From assembly GCA_041671505.1 (NCBI GenBank), contig JBAZBK010000011.1:20830-84829 (forward strand): a stretch of DNA of 64,000 nucleotides, read 5' to 3'. Positions 18,811 through 27,511 of the stretch are shown here, one piece after another (the first letter of the stretch is position 1; every line of letters begins with the position of its first letter). Below the pieces are notes generated by a model. The model was not told the DNA's origin. It made no database searches and worked only from the letters and a program-made list of their open reading frames with translations. The position numbers were made by a program, and so were the translations under genes. This stretch comes from Thermoanaerobaculia bacterium. GTDB taxonomy: Bacteria > Acidobacteriota > Thermoanaerobaculia > Gp7-AA8.

Positions 18811-19891
18811 GTTTCCAGGTCTCAGCCGCGACATCGTGTCGTTCGGCTTCGTGAGGGACGTGAGCATCGACGGTGGCGCGGTGTCGTTCACCCTCAAGTT
18901 TTCCACCGAGAATCCGCAGATCGCGCAGCAGGTGGAAGCGCAGGCGCGCGAGGCGATCGGTCGCCTTGCCGGCGTGACGAAGGTCGAGGTGAACGTGGAA
19001 GTAGGCTCGCGGGCAGCGACTGCTTCGGTCGCCGCAGGCCCGCTGCGCTCTCTCGAACGGGTGAAATACCTGATCGCCGTCGCCTCGGGCAAGGGGGGAG
19101 TCGGCAAGTCGACCGTCTCGACAAACCTCTCGCTCGCCCTCACGAAGCTCGGCCACAAGGTCGGCCTGCTCGATGCCGACATCTACGGCCCGTCGCAGCA
19201 GATGATGCTCGGCATCGAGGGACGGCCGCAGATCGACGAGAGCGACGAGAAGATCATTCCGATGGAGCGGCACGGCGTGAAGATGATGTCGCTCGGACTG
19301 ATCACCGAGCCCGACACGCCGGTCATCTGGCGTGGGCCGATGGTGATGAAAGCGCTCGAGCAGTTCCTCGTCGACGTGAAGTGGGGCGAGCTCGACTTCC
19401 TCGTGATCGACCTTCCGCCGGGCACTGGCGACGCGCAGCTGACGATCACCCAGAAGGTGCCGCTCACCGGCGCCGTCATCGTGACGACGCCGCAGGACGT
19501 CGCCCTCATCGACGCGCGCAAGGGGCTCGCGATGTTCCGCAAGGTGAACGTGCCGGTTCTCGGGATCATCGAGAACATGAGCTACTTCATCTGTCGGCAC
19601 TGCGGCGAGCGCGAGGAGATCTTCGGGCATGGCGGCGGGCAGAAGACCGCCGAGCGTCTTGGCGTTCCGTTCCTCGGCGAGGTCCCGATCGATCCGAAGG
19701 TCGTCGTCGGCGGCGACTCCGGCGAGCCGATCGTCAGCCTCGATCCCGATTCACCCGCGACGGCGGCATTCATCAGCCTCGCGAAGCAAGTGAGCGACGC
19801 TGTTCGATTTCGCCCGCCCGCTGATTTCGGCGGCCACGACCACGACCATGACCACGATCACGGCCATGGGGGCCACGACCACACGCATTAG
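18767..19891 (+). CDS. apbC: Mrp/NBP35 (ApbC) iron-sulfur cluster carrier ATPase with an N-terminal DUF59-like domain and a His/Asp-rich tail
   Basis: Contains the deviant Walker A (ASGKGGVGKST) and the CxxC motif (FICRHCGE). The N-terminus is MISEQQVLDALRVVKFPGLSRDIVSFGFV and the C-terminal tail is GGHDHDHDHDHGHGGHDHTH. Confidence 0.9.
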   Translation: MISEQQVLDALRVVKFPGLSRDIVSFGFVRDVSIDGGAVSFTLKFSTENPQIAQQVEAQAREAIGRLAGVTKVEVNVEVGSRAATASVAAGPLRSLERVKYLIAVASGKGGVGKSTVSTNLSLALTKLGHKVGLLDADIYGPSQQMMLGIEGRPQIDESDEKIIPMERHGVKMMSLGLITEPDTPVIWRGPMVMKALEQFLVDVKWGELDFLVIDLPPGTGDAQLTITQKVPLTGAVIVTTPQDVALIDARKGLAMFRKVNVPVLGIIENMSYFICRHCGEREEIFGHGGGQKTAERLGVPFLGEVPIDPKVVVGGDSGEPIVSLDPDSPATAAFISLAKQVSDAVRFRPPADFGGHDHDHDHDHGHGGHDHTH

Positions 19892-20003
19892 AACGCGGAA
19901 CCGAGAAGCGAGCTTCTCGTTGATATGAAAGAAGAGGGCCGCCGATATCCGGCGGCCCTTCGTTCATTCCTTGTTCTGTCTTACGGTTTCGCGTTCCGCG
20001 TTC
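19891..20003. repeat. Heptamer-type inverted repeat, GAACGCG family, locus G
   Basis: The outer arms GAACGCGGAA (19891-19900) and TTCCGCGTTC (19994-20003) are perfectly complementary, and each overlaps a stop codon of the convergent genes. The right arm reads CGGTTTCGCGTTCCGCGTTC. Two nested hairpins lie at 19902-19919 and 19936-19958. Confidence 0.8.
19936..19958. terminator. GC-rich hairpin between convergent apbC and the DUF2378-like gene (candidate bidirectional terminator)
   Basis: A 9-bp perfect stem (GGGCCGCCG / CGGCGGCCC) with an ATATC loop. The flanks are only weakly A/T-rich (GAAAGAAGA on the left, TTCGTTCATT on the right). Confidence 0.5.
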
Positions 20004-20604
20004 AATCGTCCCAGCGAAGGTCCCACTCGCAGTGGGCGGCGCCGCGGGTCATGCACACGTCGTGCGCAATCTTGACGTTCTTTACCTTCGTCATCTCCGC
20101 GAGCCCCTGGCACCAGCCGGTGAGCCGTGCGCAGTGCGCCTTCTCCGACGGGAAGTCCTTGAGCTGAAAGCGCACGTGGGTCTTCGACTGGTCGAGGATG
20201 ACGAGCTTTCCGGTGTTGTGAATCGAGCTCCAGAACGTTCCGACCTTTGCGATGAGCGAAGGAGGCGTCAGGGCCATGAGAAAGACGCGATACATGCCGA
20301 CCGAGTCGGCGAGCTCGGTGAGGCCGGCGCGTCTGCCGAACGTGTCGAGGTCTTCGCCTTTCGCCTTCGCTCCCGCTTCCGTCAGGCGATTGAGCATCGC
20401 TTCGGGTATGGCCAGCGAGGGGATGACCTTCCCTCGCACCAGAGTCGCATCGTCGGGAGAAAGCGTGGCGACGGCCGCGTCGAACTGCTCGCGAGTGAGC
20501 TCCTGCTCGAGGAACTTCACGAGGCTCTTGAGGATGGTTCCCTTCGATGTAGCGATGCCTGAAGTCGTCACGGCGTCCTCCTCGATGCGGCGGTTGAGAC
20601 TCAT
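20002..20604 (-). CDS. DUF2378 (TIGR02265, 'Myxococcus paralogous family')-like / HNOB-V4R-like ligand-binding domain protein
   Basis: The 200 aa protein starts MSLNRRIEED...SKGTILKSLVKFLEQELTREQFDAAV and ends CMTRGAAHCEWDLRW (a V4R-like Cys pair). The ATG at 20604 overlaps the queG stop. The family assignment is from memory only. Confidence 0.5.
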   Translation of the reverse strand: MSLNRRIEEDAVTTSGIATSKGTILKSLVKFLEQELTREQFDAAVATLSPDDATLVRGKVIPSLAIPEAMLNRLTEAGAKAKGEDLDTFGRRAGLTELADSVGMYRVFLMALTPPSLIAKVGTFWSSIHNTGKLVILDQSKTHVRFQLKDFPSEKAHCARLTGWCQGLAEMTKVKNVKIAHDVCMTRGAAHCEWDLRWDD

Positions 20605-21635
20605 TGTCGCAGAGATCTGCGTTCGCGCGAGTCGAGTGCTGCGCGAATGCCCTCGTCCGTCTCGCCTTTCGACGATTCCAGCGCATCGGCGGAGACGCTG
20701 TCTGCCGCGAGAAGGGCGTTGCGGATCATCCCTGCGCGCTTGGCGCGCTTGATCGCGCTGCCGCGGAAGAGCGAAGAAAAATCGGCCTGGGTCATCGTGA
20801 TGAGATCCGTGACCGGGCGACCCGAATATCCGGCGCGCGTGCGGAATGCCGAGTGTCCCCCAGGCGCGTGCGCATTCCACGGGCAGACTTCCTGGCAGAT
20901 GTCGCAACCGAAGACGTTTCCGGCGAGCCGATCCGACAGCGGCGCGTCGATCGCGCCCCGGTGCTCGATCGTCAGATAGCTGATGCAGCGATTCGAGTCG
21001 ACGAAGCGCTCGCGGTCGATGGCGTCGGTGGGGCACGCGTCGATGCAGCGCGTGCAATCACCACAACGGTCAGACACCTCGGCGATATCGAGGTCGTGCT
21101 CGAGCGAGGTGACGAGCGTGCCGATGAAGAAGTACGAGCCGATCTCCGGGTCGATCAGCATCGCATTCTTCCCGATCCACCCGAGGCCAGCTTGCGCGGC
21201 GAGCGAGCGATCGGAAAACGGGCCCGTGTCGACGTAGCGCCAGCTCTTCGTTCCGGGGGCGAGCGACGACAGGAGTGATTCGAGCCGCTGCAGAACGTGT
21301 TCGACGACGTCGTGGTAGTCGTCTCCTTGCGCGTATCGAGCGATCCCGTTCGAGAGAGAGTCGGAAGGCGAGGGCGACCGGTCGGCATCGTAGGGAACCA
21401 GGATGACGATCACCGATCGACCCCATGGGAACCGGTCGCGAGGAGTGCGGCGTTTTGCGAGGTTGCTCCGCAGATAGGCCATTCCCGCTTCGCGGCCGTC
21501 GCGCAGCCACTCCGCGAAACGCTCGACGTGCTGGTCGGTGAGCGACGTCGCGCCGACGCGGATCGCCCCGAGGCGCAGCGCCTCGCGCTCGAGCTCGCTC
21601 CAGATGGCGCTGAGAGGCGTGGTCGGTTGGGGCAT
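20601..21635 (-). CDS. queG: tRNA epoxyqueuosine(34) reductase QueG
   Basis: Two 4Fe-4S ferredoxin motifs are present (CGDCTRCIDACPTDAI and CDICQEVCPWN), along with the typical N-terminal region and a HEAT-like C-terminus. The start is at 21635 (MPQPTT) or 21668. Confidence 0.85.
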   Translation of the reverse strand: MPQPTTPLSAIWSELEREALRLGAIRVGATSLTDQHVERFAEWLRDGREAGMAYLRSNLAKRRTPRDRFPWGRSVIVILVPYDADRSPSPSDSLSNGIARYAQGDDYHDVVEHVLQRLESLLSSLAPGTKSWRYVDTGPFSDRSLAAQAGLGWIGKNAMLIDPEIGSYFFIGTLVTSLEHDLDIAEVSDRCGDCTRCIDACPTDAIDRERFVDSNRCISYLTIEHRGAIDAPLSDRLAGNVFGCDICQEVCPWNAHAPGGHSAFRTRAGYSGRPVTDLITMTQADFSSLFRGSAIKRAKRAGMIRNALLAADSVSADALESSKGETDEGIRAALDSRERRSLRQ

Positions 21636-21694
21636 CTCTTGTGGCGAAGGCCTCCGGCCTGCGCGCAACGGCCGGAGGCCGTTGCCACTAATCG

Positions 21695-22516
21695 CTATGC
21701 GTCGATCCGGTCGAGCAATCCCTGAATCATCGACTCGGGCACGAGTATCGAGCCGATCGTCTTCGGGCCGCCGTTGCCGTGATCGTCCGAACCACCGGTC
21801 GTGAAGAGCCCCCGGTCACGGGCGAGTTTCTCGTAGTAGTCGCGCTGCGGCTCGTCGATGTCGGGATGGCGCGTCTCGATGCCGTCGATGCCGGCTTCGA
21901 TCAGCTCGTTCACGATGCGGCGGTGGTCGCGGTAAACCGAGGGATGCGCAACGGAGGTCACGCCACCCGCGTTGCGCACGAGCTCGACGACCTCGTCGAT
22001 CCGGAATCGCTGCTTGTCGACGAACGCGGGGCGTCCGTCGCCGAGGAACTTCCTGAAGGCGGTATCGAGGGAGTCGACGGCGCCCATCTCGACGAGAGCT
22101 CGCGCGACGTGAGGCCGGCCCAGCGCGCCGTTGCCGGCGATCTCGCGGACCCTCTCGATGCTCACCGGGTATCCGAGCTCGCGGAGGCGCTCGACCATCA
22201 TCTCACCGCGCGTGTCGCGCGTCCTGCGAAACGAGGCAAGGCGCGATTCGAGATCAGGATCGTCGAGGTCGACGCCGTACGCCAGTACATGTACGTCGAC
22301 ACCGTCGTGCTGGCACGAGAGCTCGGTGCCCGGGACGAGAACGATCCCGCGCGAGCGCGCGTACGACGCCGTCTCCCGCGACGCGGTCAGGTTGTCGTGA
22401 TCGCTGATGCTGAGGATCGAGATACCGGCCGCGACCGCGCGATCGACGAGATCCCGCGGCTCGTAGAGCCCATCGGAATGCCTGGTGTGGGTGTGAAGAT
22501 CGGCGACGCGTCCCAT
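21695..22516 (-). CDS. PHP domain metal-dependent phosphoesterase (TrpH/YciV-like)
   Basis: MGRVADLHTHTRHSDGLYEPRDLVDRAVAAGISILSISDHDNL carries the PHP H-x-H and DH motifs. The ATG at 22516 was chosen, and the upstream ORF extension lies in the repeat region. Confidence 0.8.
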   Translation of the reverse strand: MGRVADLHTHTRHSDGLYEPRDLVDRAVAAGISILSISDHDNLTASRETASYARSRGIVLVPGTELSCQHDGVDVHVLAYGVDLDDPDLESRLASFRRTRDTRGEMMVERLRELGYPVSIERVREIAGNGALGRPHVARALVEMGAVDSLDTAFRKFLGDGRPAFVDKQRFRIDEVVELVRNAGGVTSVAHPSVYRDHRRIVNELIEAGIDGIETRHPDIDEPQRDYYEKLARDRGLFTTGGSDDHGNGGPKTIGSILVPESMIQGLLDRIDA

Positions 22517-22536
22517 CGCCGAAGAATAGCAGATGG

Positions 22537-22697
22537 GGAACGCGGAACTGGAAACGCGAAACGCGGCACCGAATTGTGTCGGAATCGTCGGCGGGATCGA
22601 GAGACACGAAAACAAAAAGGAGAGAGCAAGCCTTTGCTGCCGGCGCTGCTCTCTCCCTTTCGCGGTTTCGCGTTCCGCGTTATGCGTTCCGCGTTTC
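22537..22697. repeat. Heptamer-array inverted repeat, GAACGCG family, locus H
   Basis: The left arm at 22538-22565 reads GAACGCG GAACTGG AAACGCG AAACGCG. The right arm at 22661-22695 reads CGCGGTT TCGCGTT CCGCGTT ATGCGTT CCGCGTT and runs into the stop codon at 22697-22699. A nested inverted repeat GGAGAGAGCA / TGCTCTCTCC lies at 22619-22656. Confidence 0.85.
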
Positions 22698-22999
22698 TAC
22701 CGGATTGCCTTGCCGGCGCTGATGAGGGCGTTGCCGGTTGCGCGGCGGGCCTTCTTCACGACCGGGGCTGCCGCGTCCTTCGCATCTTCTGCGACGCGGA
22801 CTGCGGTCTTCTTGACCTTCGCGGCGACCCTCGCCGTCGTTTTCTTCGCCGCCTTGATCTTCGGAGCGGCGGCCTTCTTCACGGCCTTGATCTTCGGCGC
22901 GGCCGCCTTCTTCACCGCCTTGACCGCGTTTGCGGTCGTCTTCTTGGCAGTGGCCGTCATCTTGTTGACTTTCTTCTTGATCTCTTTTTTAGTCACCAT
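22697..22999 (-). CDS. Histone H1-like Lys/Ala-rich DNA-binding protein
   Basis: The 100 aa protein is extremely K/A-rich (KKTTANAVKAVKKAAAPKIKAVKKAAAPKIKAAKKTTARVAAKVKK). This composition is typical of bacterial H1/Hc1/AlgP-like proteins. Confidence 0.7.
   Translation of the reverse strand: MVTKKEIKKKVNKMTATAKKTTANAVKAVKKAAAPKIKAVKKAAAPKIKAAKKTTARVAAKVKKTAVRVAEDAKDAAAPVVKKARRATGNALISAGKAIR
22851..22924. repeat. 33-bp tandem repeat (2.2 copies) inside the H1-like gene
   Basis: GCCTTGATCTTCGGAGCGGCGGCCTTCTTCACG (22851-22883) is repeated with 3 mismatches at 22884-22916, with a partial third copy after it. It encodes the 11-aa unit AVKKAAAPKIK. Confidence 0.85.
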
Positions 23000-23069
23000 G
23001 CTTTGATGTGCCTCCTTTTCCGTTACTTACGGGGAACGGCTTCAGTGTAACCGATTAACGTGCACGACA

Positions 23070-25892
23070 TCACGACCGCGACACGATCGCGTCACAGCGG
23101 TCGCACGTTCCGCGCGCTTCGCTGACCTCTTCGCGATACTGCCAGCAGCGCATGCACTTCGCCCCTCGCGCCGGTTTCATCACGATTCCGACCGTTCCGA
23201 TTCCCTCGAACGTGATCGCCTCAGAGTCGCTTTCGGACGACGAGCGATCGAAGTCGACGTGCGAGACGATGAGCAACCGCGCGAGGTCGTCGGCCGCTAC
23301 GCCTCCGGTCAGCGCTTCGGGCACGAAGTCGCCGGTCAGGACGATGTCGGCCTCGAGCGACTTGCCGATCTGCTGCGCGGCGCGCGCGCGTTCGAGCACT
23401 TTGTTCGCTGCTTCACGCAGGCGGAAGATCCGATCCCAGGCGGCTGCATCTTCCGCGTTGATGCGCGACTTCGAGAAGTCGGGGAACCCCGCGAGATGCA
23501 CGGAAGCCTCGGTGGCGCCGCCCATGCGCTCCCAGATCTCGTCGGCGGTGAACGACATGATCGGCGCGACCACGCGCACGAGACCCGAGAGGATCATGTG
23601 CAGCGCCGTCTGCGCGGAGCGGCGGAGCTTCGAGTCTTTCGCCTCGATGTAGAGCGTGTCCTTGATGACGTCGAAATAGAGCGCCGAAAGGTCGACCGTG
23701 CTCAGCTCCAGGAGTTTGTGGTAGATGACGTGGAACTCGAGCTCCTCGTATCCCCTGAGGCAGCGCTCGAACGTCTCGTGCGCGCGATTCACAGCCCAGC
23801 GGTCGAGCGGATCCATCTCCTCGAACGGGAGCGCGTCCTTCGACGGATCGAAGTCGGCGTAGTCGTTGAGGTTGCCGAGCATGAAGCGGCAGGTGTTCCG
23901 GATCTTCAGATACGCTTCGGAGATGCGGGCGATGATCTCGTTGCCGATCGCCATGTCGTCGCGGTAGTCGATCATCGAGACCCACATCCGCAGGATGTCG
24001 CCGCCATGCTTCTTGATGACGTCCTCGGGGGCAACGACGTTGCCCAGCGACTTGGACATCTTCCGCCCCTTGTCGTCGACGACGAAGCCGCAGGTCACGA
24101 CCTGCCCGTACGGCGCTCCACCTTCGATGGCGGTGCCGACGAGCAGCGACGACTGGAACCAGCCGCGATGCTGATCGTGCCCCTCGAGATAGACCGCGCT
24201 CGGCCAGCCTAACTCCGGGCGGCTCTTGAGCACGGCGACGTGCGAGCAGCCCGAGTCGAACCAGACGTCGAGAATGTCGTTCTCCTTGCGGAACGACGAG
24301 CCGCCGCACTTGCAGCGGAAGCCTTCGGGAAGGAAGTGCTCCGCCGGGTGCGCGTACCAGGCGTCGGCCCCTTCGGCGCGGAACGCCGCGACGACGCGCG
24401 CGAAGAAGTCTTCGTTGCAGACGGTTTCCGAGCAGCCTTCGCAGTAGAGCACGGTGATCGGCACACCCCAGAGGCGCTGGCGCGAGATGCACCAGTCGGG
24501 ACGGTTCTCCACCATGCCGCGGATCCGTTCTTCGCCCCACTTCGGGAGCCACTCGACTTTCGCGATCTCCGCGATGGCGCGCTCGCGGAGCGGCGCCTTG
24601 CCGGTCGAAGAGACGCGGTCCATCGCGATGAACCACTGCTCCGTCGCGCGGAAGATGATCGGGTTCTTGCAGCGCCAGCAGTGAGGGTAGCTGTGGCGGA
24701 TGCTCTCCGAAGCGAGGAGCACGCCGCGCTCCTTCATCCTCTCGACGATGAGGGGATTCGCCTTGAAAACATGCAGTCCCGCCCAGTCCGTCACGTCGGG
24801 AGTGAACTCGCCTCGGTGGTTGACCGGCGTGTAAATCTCGAGCCCGTACTCGACGCCGAGACGGTAGTCGTCGGCACCGTGTCCAGGCGCGGTGTGGACG
24901 AGGCCGGTGCCCGCTTCGAGCGTCACGTGTTCGCCGACGACGAAGATCCCTTCGCGGTCGAGGAACGCGTGCCGGTAGTGCTTCCTGTCGAGCTCGGGTC
25001 CTTTGAAGGTGCGGACTACCTGCGGATCAGTCCAGCCTGCCTTCTTTGCGACTCCCTCGAGCAGCTCTTGGGCGACGATGTGGAGGCCGTCGGGCACGCG
25101 GACGAGCGCGTAGTCGTGTGAGGGATGGAGCGCGATCGCGAGGTTTGCGGGAAGCGTCCACGGGGTCGTCGTCCAGATTACGGCCCAGGCGGCCTCACCC
25201 GACGCGATGCCGAGTGCCTCGGCGGCGTCCTGCCCGAGCGGGAAGCGGACGAAGACCGAAGGCGAGGTGTGGTCGTCGTACTCGACTTCCGCCTCCGCGA
25301 GTGCGGTCTGGCAGTGGGTGCACCAGTGCACCGGCTTGAGCCCCTTGTAGACGAGACCTTCCTTGAAGAAGCGGCCGAGCGCGTCGGCGATGTCGGCTTC
25401 GTAGCCGAATGACATCGTCGTGTAGGGGTTCGGCCAGTCACCGAGAACGCCGAGACGCTTGAAATCTTCGCGCTGGAGATCGACGAACTTGCCGGCGAAG
25501 TCACGGCAGGCGCGACGGAACTCGACCGCTGACATCTCCTTCTTCTTCGGGCCGAGCTCCTTGTCGACACGGTGCTCGATCGGCAGGCCGTGGCAGTCCC
25601 AGCCGGGAACGTAAGGCGAGTCGTATCCCATCATCGTGCGCGACTTGACGACGATGTCTTTCAGGATCTTGTTGAGCGCGTGGCCGATGTGAATGTGACC
25701 GTTCGCGTACGGGGGGCCGTCGTGCAGGACGTGCTTCTTCCGTCCGGCGGACAGTCTGCGAATCTGTCCGTAAAGATCGATCGAGTCCCACTTCGCGAGC
25801 CGCGCCGGCTCGTTCTGCGGGAGGTTCGCCTTCATTGCGAGCCCGGTTTTGGGGAGGTTGAGGGTTTTCTTCAGATCGTCTTTGTCGGCCAT
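23070..25892 (-). CDS. ileS: Isoleucine--tRNA ligase
   Basis: The 940 aa protein has a HIGH-type motif (PYANGHIHIGH), a KMSKS motif, the CP1 editing domain, and a C-terminal Zn-finger (CMRCWQY...CDRC). Confidence 0.96.
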   Translation of the reverse strand: MADKDDLKKTLNLPKTGLAMKANLPQNEPARLAKWDSIDLYGQIRRLSAGRKKHVLHDGPPYANGHIHIGHALNKILKDIVVKSRTMMGYDSPYVPGWDCHGLPIEHRVDKELGPKKKEMSAVEFRRACRDFAGKFVDLQREDFKRLGVLGDWPNPYTTMSFGYEADIADALGRFFKEGLVYKGLKPVHWCTHCQTALAEAEVEYDDHTSPSVFVRFPLGQDAAEALGIASGEAAWAVIWTTTPWTLPANLAIALHPSHDYALVRVPDGLHIVAQELLEGVAKKAGWTDPQVVRTFKGPELDRKHYRHAFLDREGIFVVGEHVTLEAGTGLVHTAPGHGADDYRLGVEYGLEIYTPVNHRGEFTPDVTDWAGLHVFKANPLIVERMKERGVLLASESIRHSYPHCWRCKNPIIFRATEQWFIAMDRVSSTGKAPLRERAIAEIAKVEWLPKWGEERIRGMVENRPDWCISRQRLWGVPITVLYCEGCSETVCNEDFFARVVAAFRAEGADAWYAHPAEHFLPEGFRCKCGGSSFRKENDILDVWFDSGCSHVAVLKSRPELGWPSAVYLEGHDQHRGWFQSSLLVGTAIEGGAPYGQVVTCGFVVDDKGRKMSKSLGNVVAPEDVIKKHGGDILRMWVSMIDYRDDMAIGNEIIARISEAYLKIRNTCRFMLGNLNDYADFDPSKDALPFEEMDPLDRWAVNRAHETFERCLRGYEELEFHVIYHKLLELSTVDLSALYFDVIKDTLYIEAKDSKLRRSAQTALHMILSGLVRVVAPIMSFTADEIWERMGGATEASVHLAGFPDFSKSRINAEDAAAWDRIFRLREAANKVLERARAAQQIGKSLEADIVLTGDFVPEALTGGVAADDLARLLIVSHVDFDRSSSESDSEAITFEGIGTVGIVMKPARGAKCMRCWQYREEVSEARGTCDRCDAIVSRS

Positions 25893-25962
25893 GGGGAGTC
25901 CTTCCGTGACAAGTGGGCGAAACTAACACCCGGGAGGCGCGAATTTCAAGGAAAGGAGAAAG

Positions 25963-26092
25963 GCGATTTCGGATATCGGATATCGGATTTCGGATTTGAG
26001 AGGTGCGCGGAGTGCGCCAGGTGAGGCCGTTGACGCGGATCGATCAGGTGGGCGAAGCCAAATCCGAATTCCGCAATCCGAAATTCGAAATC
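25963..26092. repeat. Heptamer-array inverted repeat, CGGATWT family, locus I
   Basis: The left arm at 25963-25997 reads GCGATTT CGGATAT CGGATAT CGGATTT CGGATTT. The right arm at 26060-26092 reads AAATCCG AATTCCG CAATCCG AAATTCG AAATC and ends at the mltD-like stop codon (26091-26093). Confidence 0.85.
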
Positions 26093-27494
26093 AAAGCCCG
26101 CCGGCCGTGACCGCGTGTGTAGGCGATACGCGCAGCTTCTGGCCGCTCTTGAGCACCGCCTTGCGCGAGAGGTTGTTCATCGCGCGGAGCTCGTCGACCG
26201 AAAGGCCGTGTTTCTTCGCGATCGCGAAGAGCGTGTCGCCCTTCCTCACCGTGTGGTACTTCGACTTCGGTTTCTGCGAGAGGCTGGCAGAGAGCTCGGT
26301 CTGGCTGACCGGAACCCAGATCGATGCGCCGGTGCGGAGCTTTCCGATCCCGCCGTTCATCGCCGAGATCGTGCGCGGCTCGGAGCCGAGCTTGCGCGCG
26401 AGCGACTTGAGGTTGTCGCCCTTCCTGACGGTGTAGTGCGCTACCCGAAGGTACGGGTCGTCGCCGCGGAGGCTCGACGCTGACGCGGCCACTCGGCGCG
26501 CCGACTGTTTAGGCACTCTGACGTTGATCGTTCCTGGCGGGGTCACGCCGCGACGGAGCATCGGGTTCAGATCTCGGATGACGCGCTCGTCGACGCCGGC
26601 AGTCTCTGCGACGTACCTGAGCGAGACGGGGCCCGGGACCGCCACTTCCACCGAGTCGTCGACCTGCTCGACCGGCTCGCAAAGCTGGAAGCCATGCGCC
26701 TCCGGCTCGCTAACGATCATCAAAGTCGCGAAGAACGTCGGAACGTAGCCGCGTGTCTCGCGCGGCAATGCGGACTTCGAGGAGAGCTCCCAGAAACTGC
26801 CGGATCCGCTCGACGCGAGACTCCGGCTCACGCGGCCCGGCCCCGCGTTGTACGACGCGAGCGCAAGCGGCCAGTCGGCGAACTTCGCGTGCAGGTCCTT
26901 GAGGTAACGCGCGGCCGCCCTTGTCGAGCGCTCGGGGTCGGCGCGCTCGTCGACCCACCAGTCGACGCGCAGACCGTAATCGCGCGCCGTTCCCGGCATG
27001 AACTGCCACATTCCGTACGCGCCGACGCGCGACACGTTGGAGTTGATGTAGCCGCTTTCGATGACGGGAAGATAGGCGAGGGCGCGCGGAAGCTCATGCT
27101 CGTCGAGGATCGCGTCGATCATCGCCCGGTAGCGCGTCGAGCGGTCGAGCGATGCCTGGATCCTCGGTCTGAGGTCGGTCGAGAAGAGGTTGAGCGCACC
27201 GAAGACGGTCGGGTGGTCGGGAATCTCGATCGATGTCGCCGCCTCGTAGTCGGCGATCAGTCCCGCGGCGGTCTCCGCCTCGCGCTCGAGGATGAACGAG
27301 TGCACGCTCTCGAGCGCCTCACTGAATTCGGCGACGTCGCCATGAAGGGTTGCCGCGGGAGAAACGGCAGCGACCGGCGCAGGCGCCGGCCGAGGAGCAG
27401 GGGGCATACTGTTCGTAGCGCAAGCGGCGAGCAGCAGCGAAAGCCCCGCGATCGTCAGTTTCCTCGCGATCATCGTCGTTCTCGCTCCCACCAC
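26091..27494 (-). CDS. Lytic murein transglycosylase (SLT domain) with C-terminal LysM repeats, MltD-like
   Basis: Has a signal/lipobox-like N-terminus (LLLAAC) and SLT motifs (ESGYINSNVSRVGAYGMWQFMPGTARDYGL). LysM modules are present (YTVRKGDNLKSLARKLG, YHTVRKGDTLFAIAKKHGLSVDELRAMN). Confidence 0.85.
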   Translation of the reverse strand: MVGARTTMIARKLTIAGLSLLLAACATNSMPPAPRPAPAPVAAVSPAATLHGDVAEFSEALESVHSFILEREAETAAGLIADYEAATSIEIPDHPTVFGALNLFSTDLRPRIQASLDRSTRYRAMIDAILDEHELPRALAYLPVIESGYINSNVSRVGAYGMWQFMPGTARDYGLRVDWWVDERADPERSTRAAARYLKDLHAKFADWPLALASYNAGPGRVSRSLASSGSGSFWELSSKSALPRETRGYVPTFFATLMIVSEPEAHGFQLCEPVEQVDDSVEVAVPGPVSLRYVAETAGVDERVIRDLNPMLRRGVTPPGTINVRVPKQSARRVAASASSLRGDDPYLRVAHYTVRKGDNLKSLARKLGSEPRTISAMNGGIGKLRTGASIWVPVSQTELSASLSQKPKSKYHTVRKGDTLFAIAKKHGLSVDELRAMNNLSRKAVLKSGQKLRVSPTHAVTAGGL

Positions 27495-27511
27495 CCCATC
27501 GGTCGGGCGCC

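Noticed and set aside
20002-21057. A single 351-aa ORF
   Set aside because: Only the C-terminal 200 aa (from the ATG at 20604) look like a real protein. The upstream part overlaps queG in another frame and is Arg-rich, so I split it into queG plus a 200-aa gene with an ATGA-type overlap.
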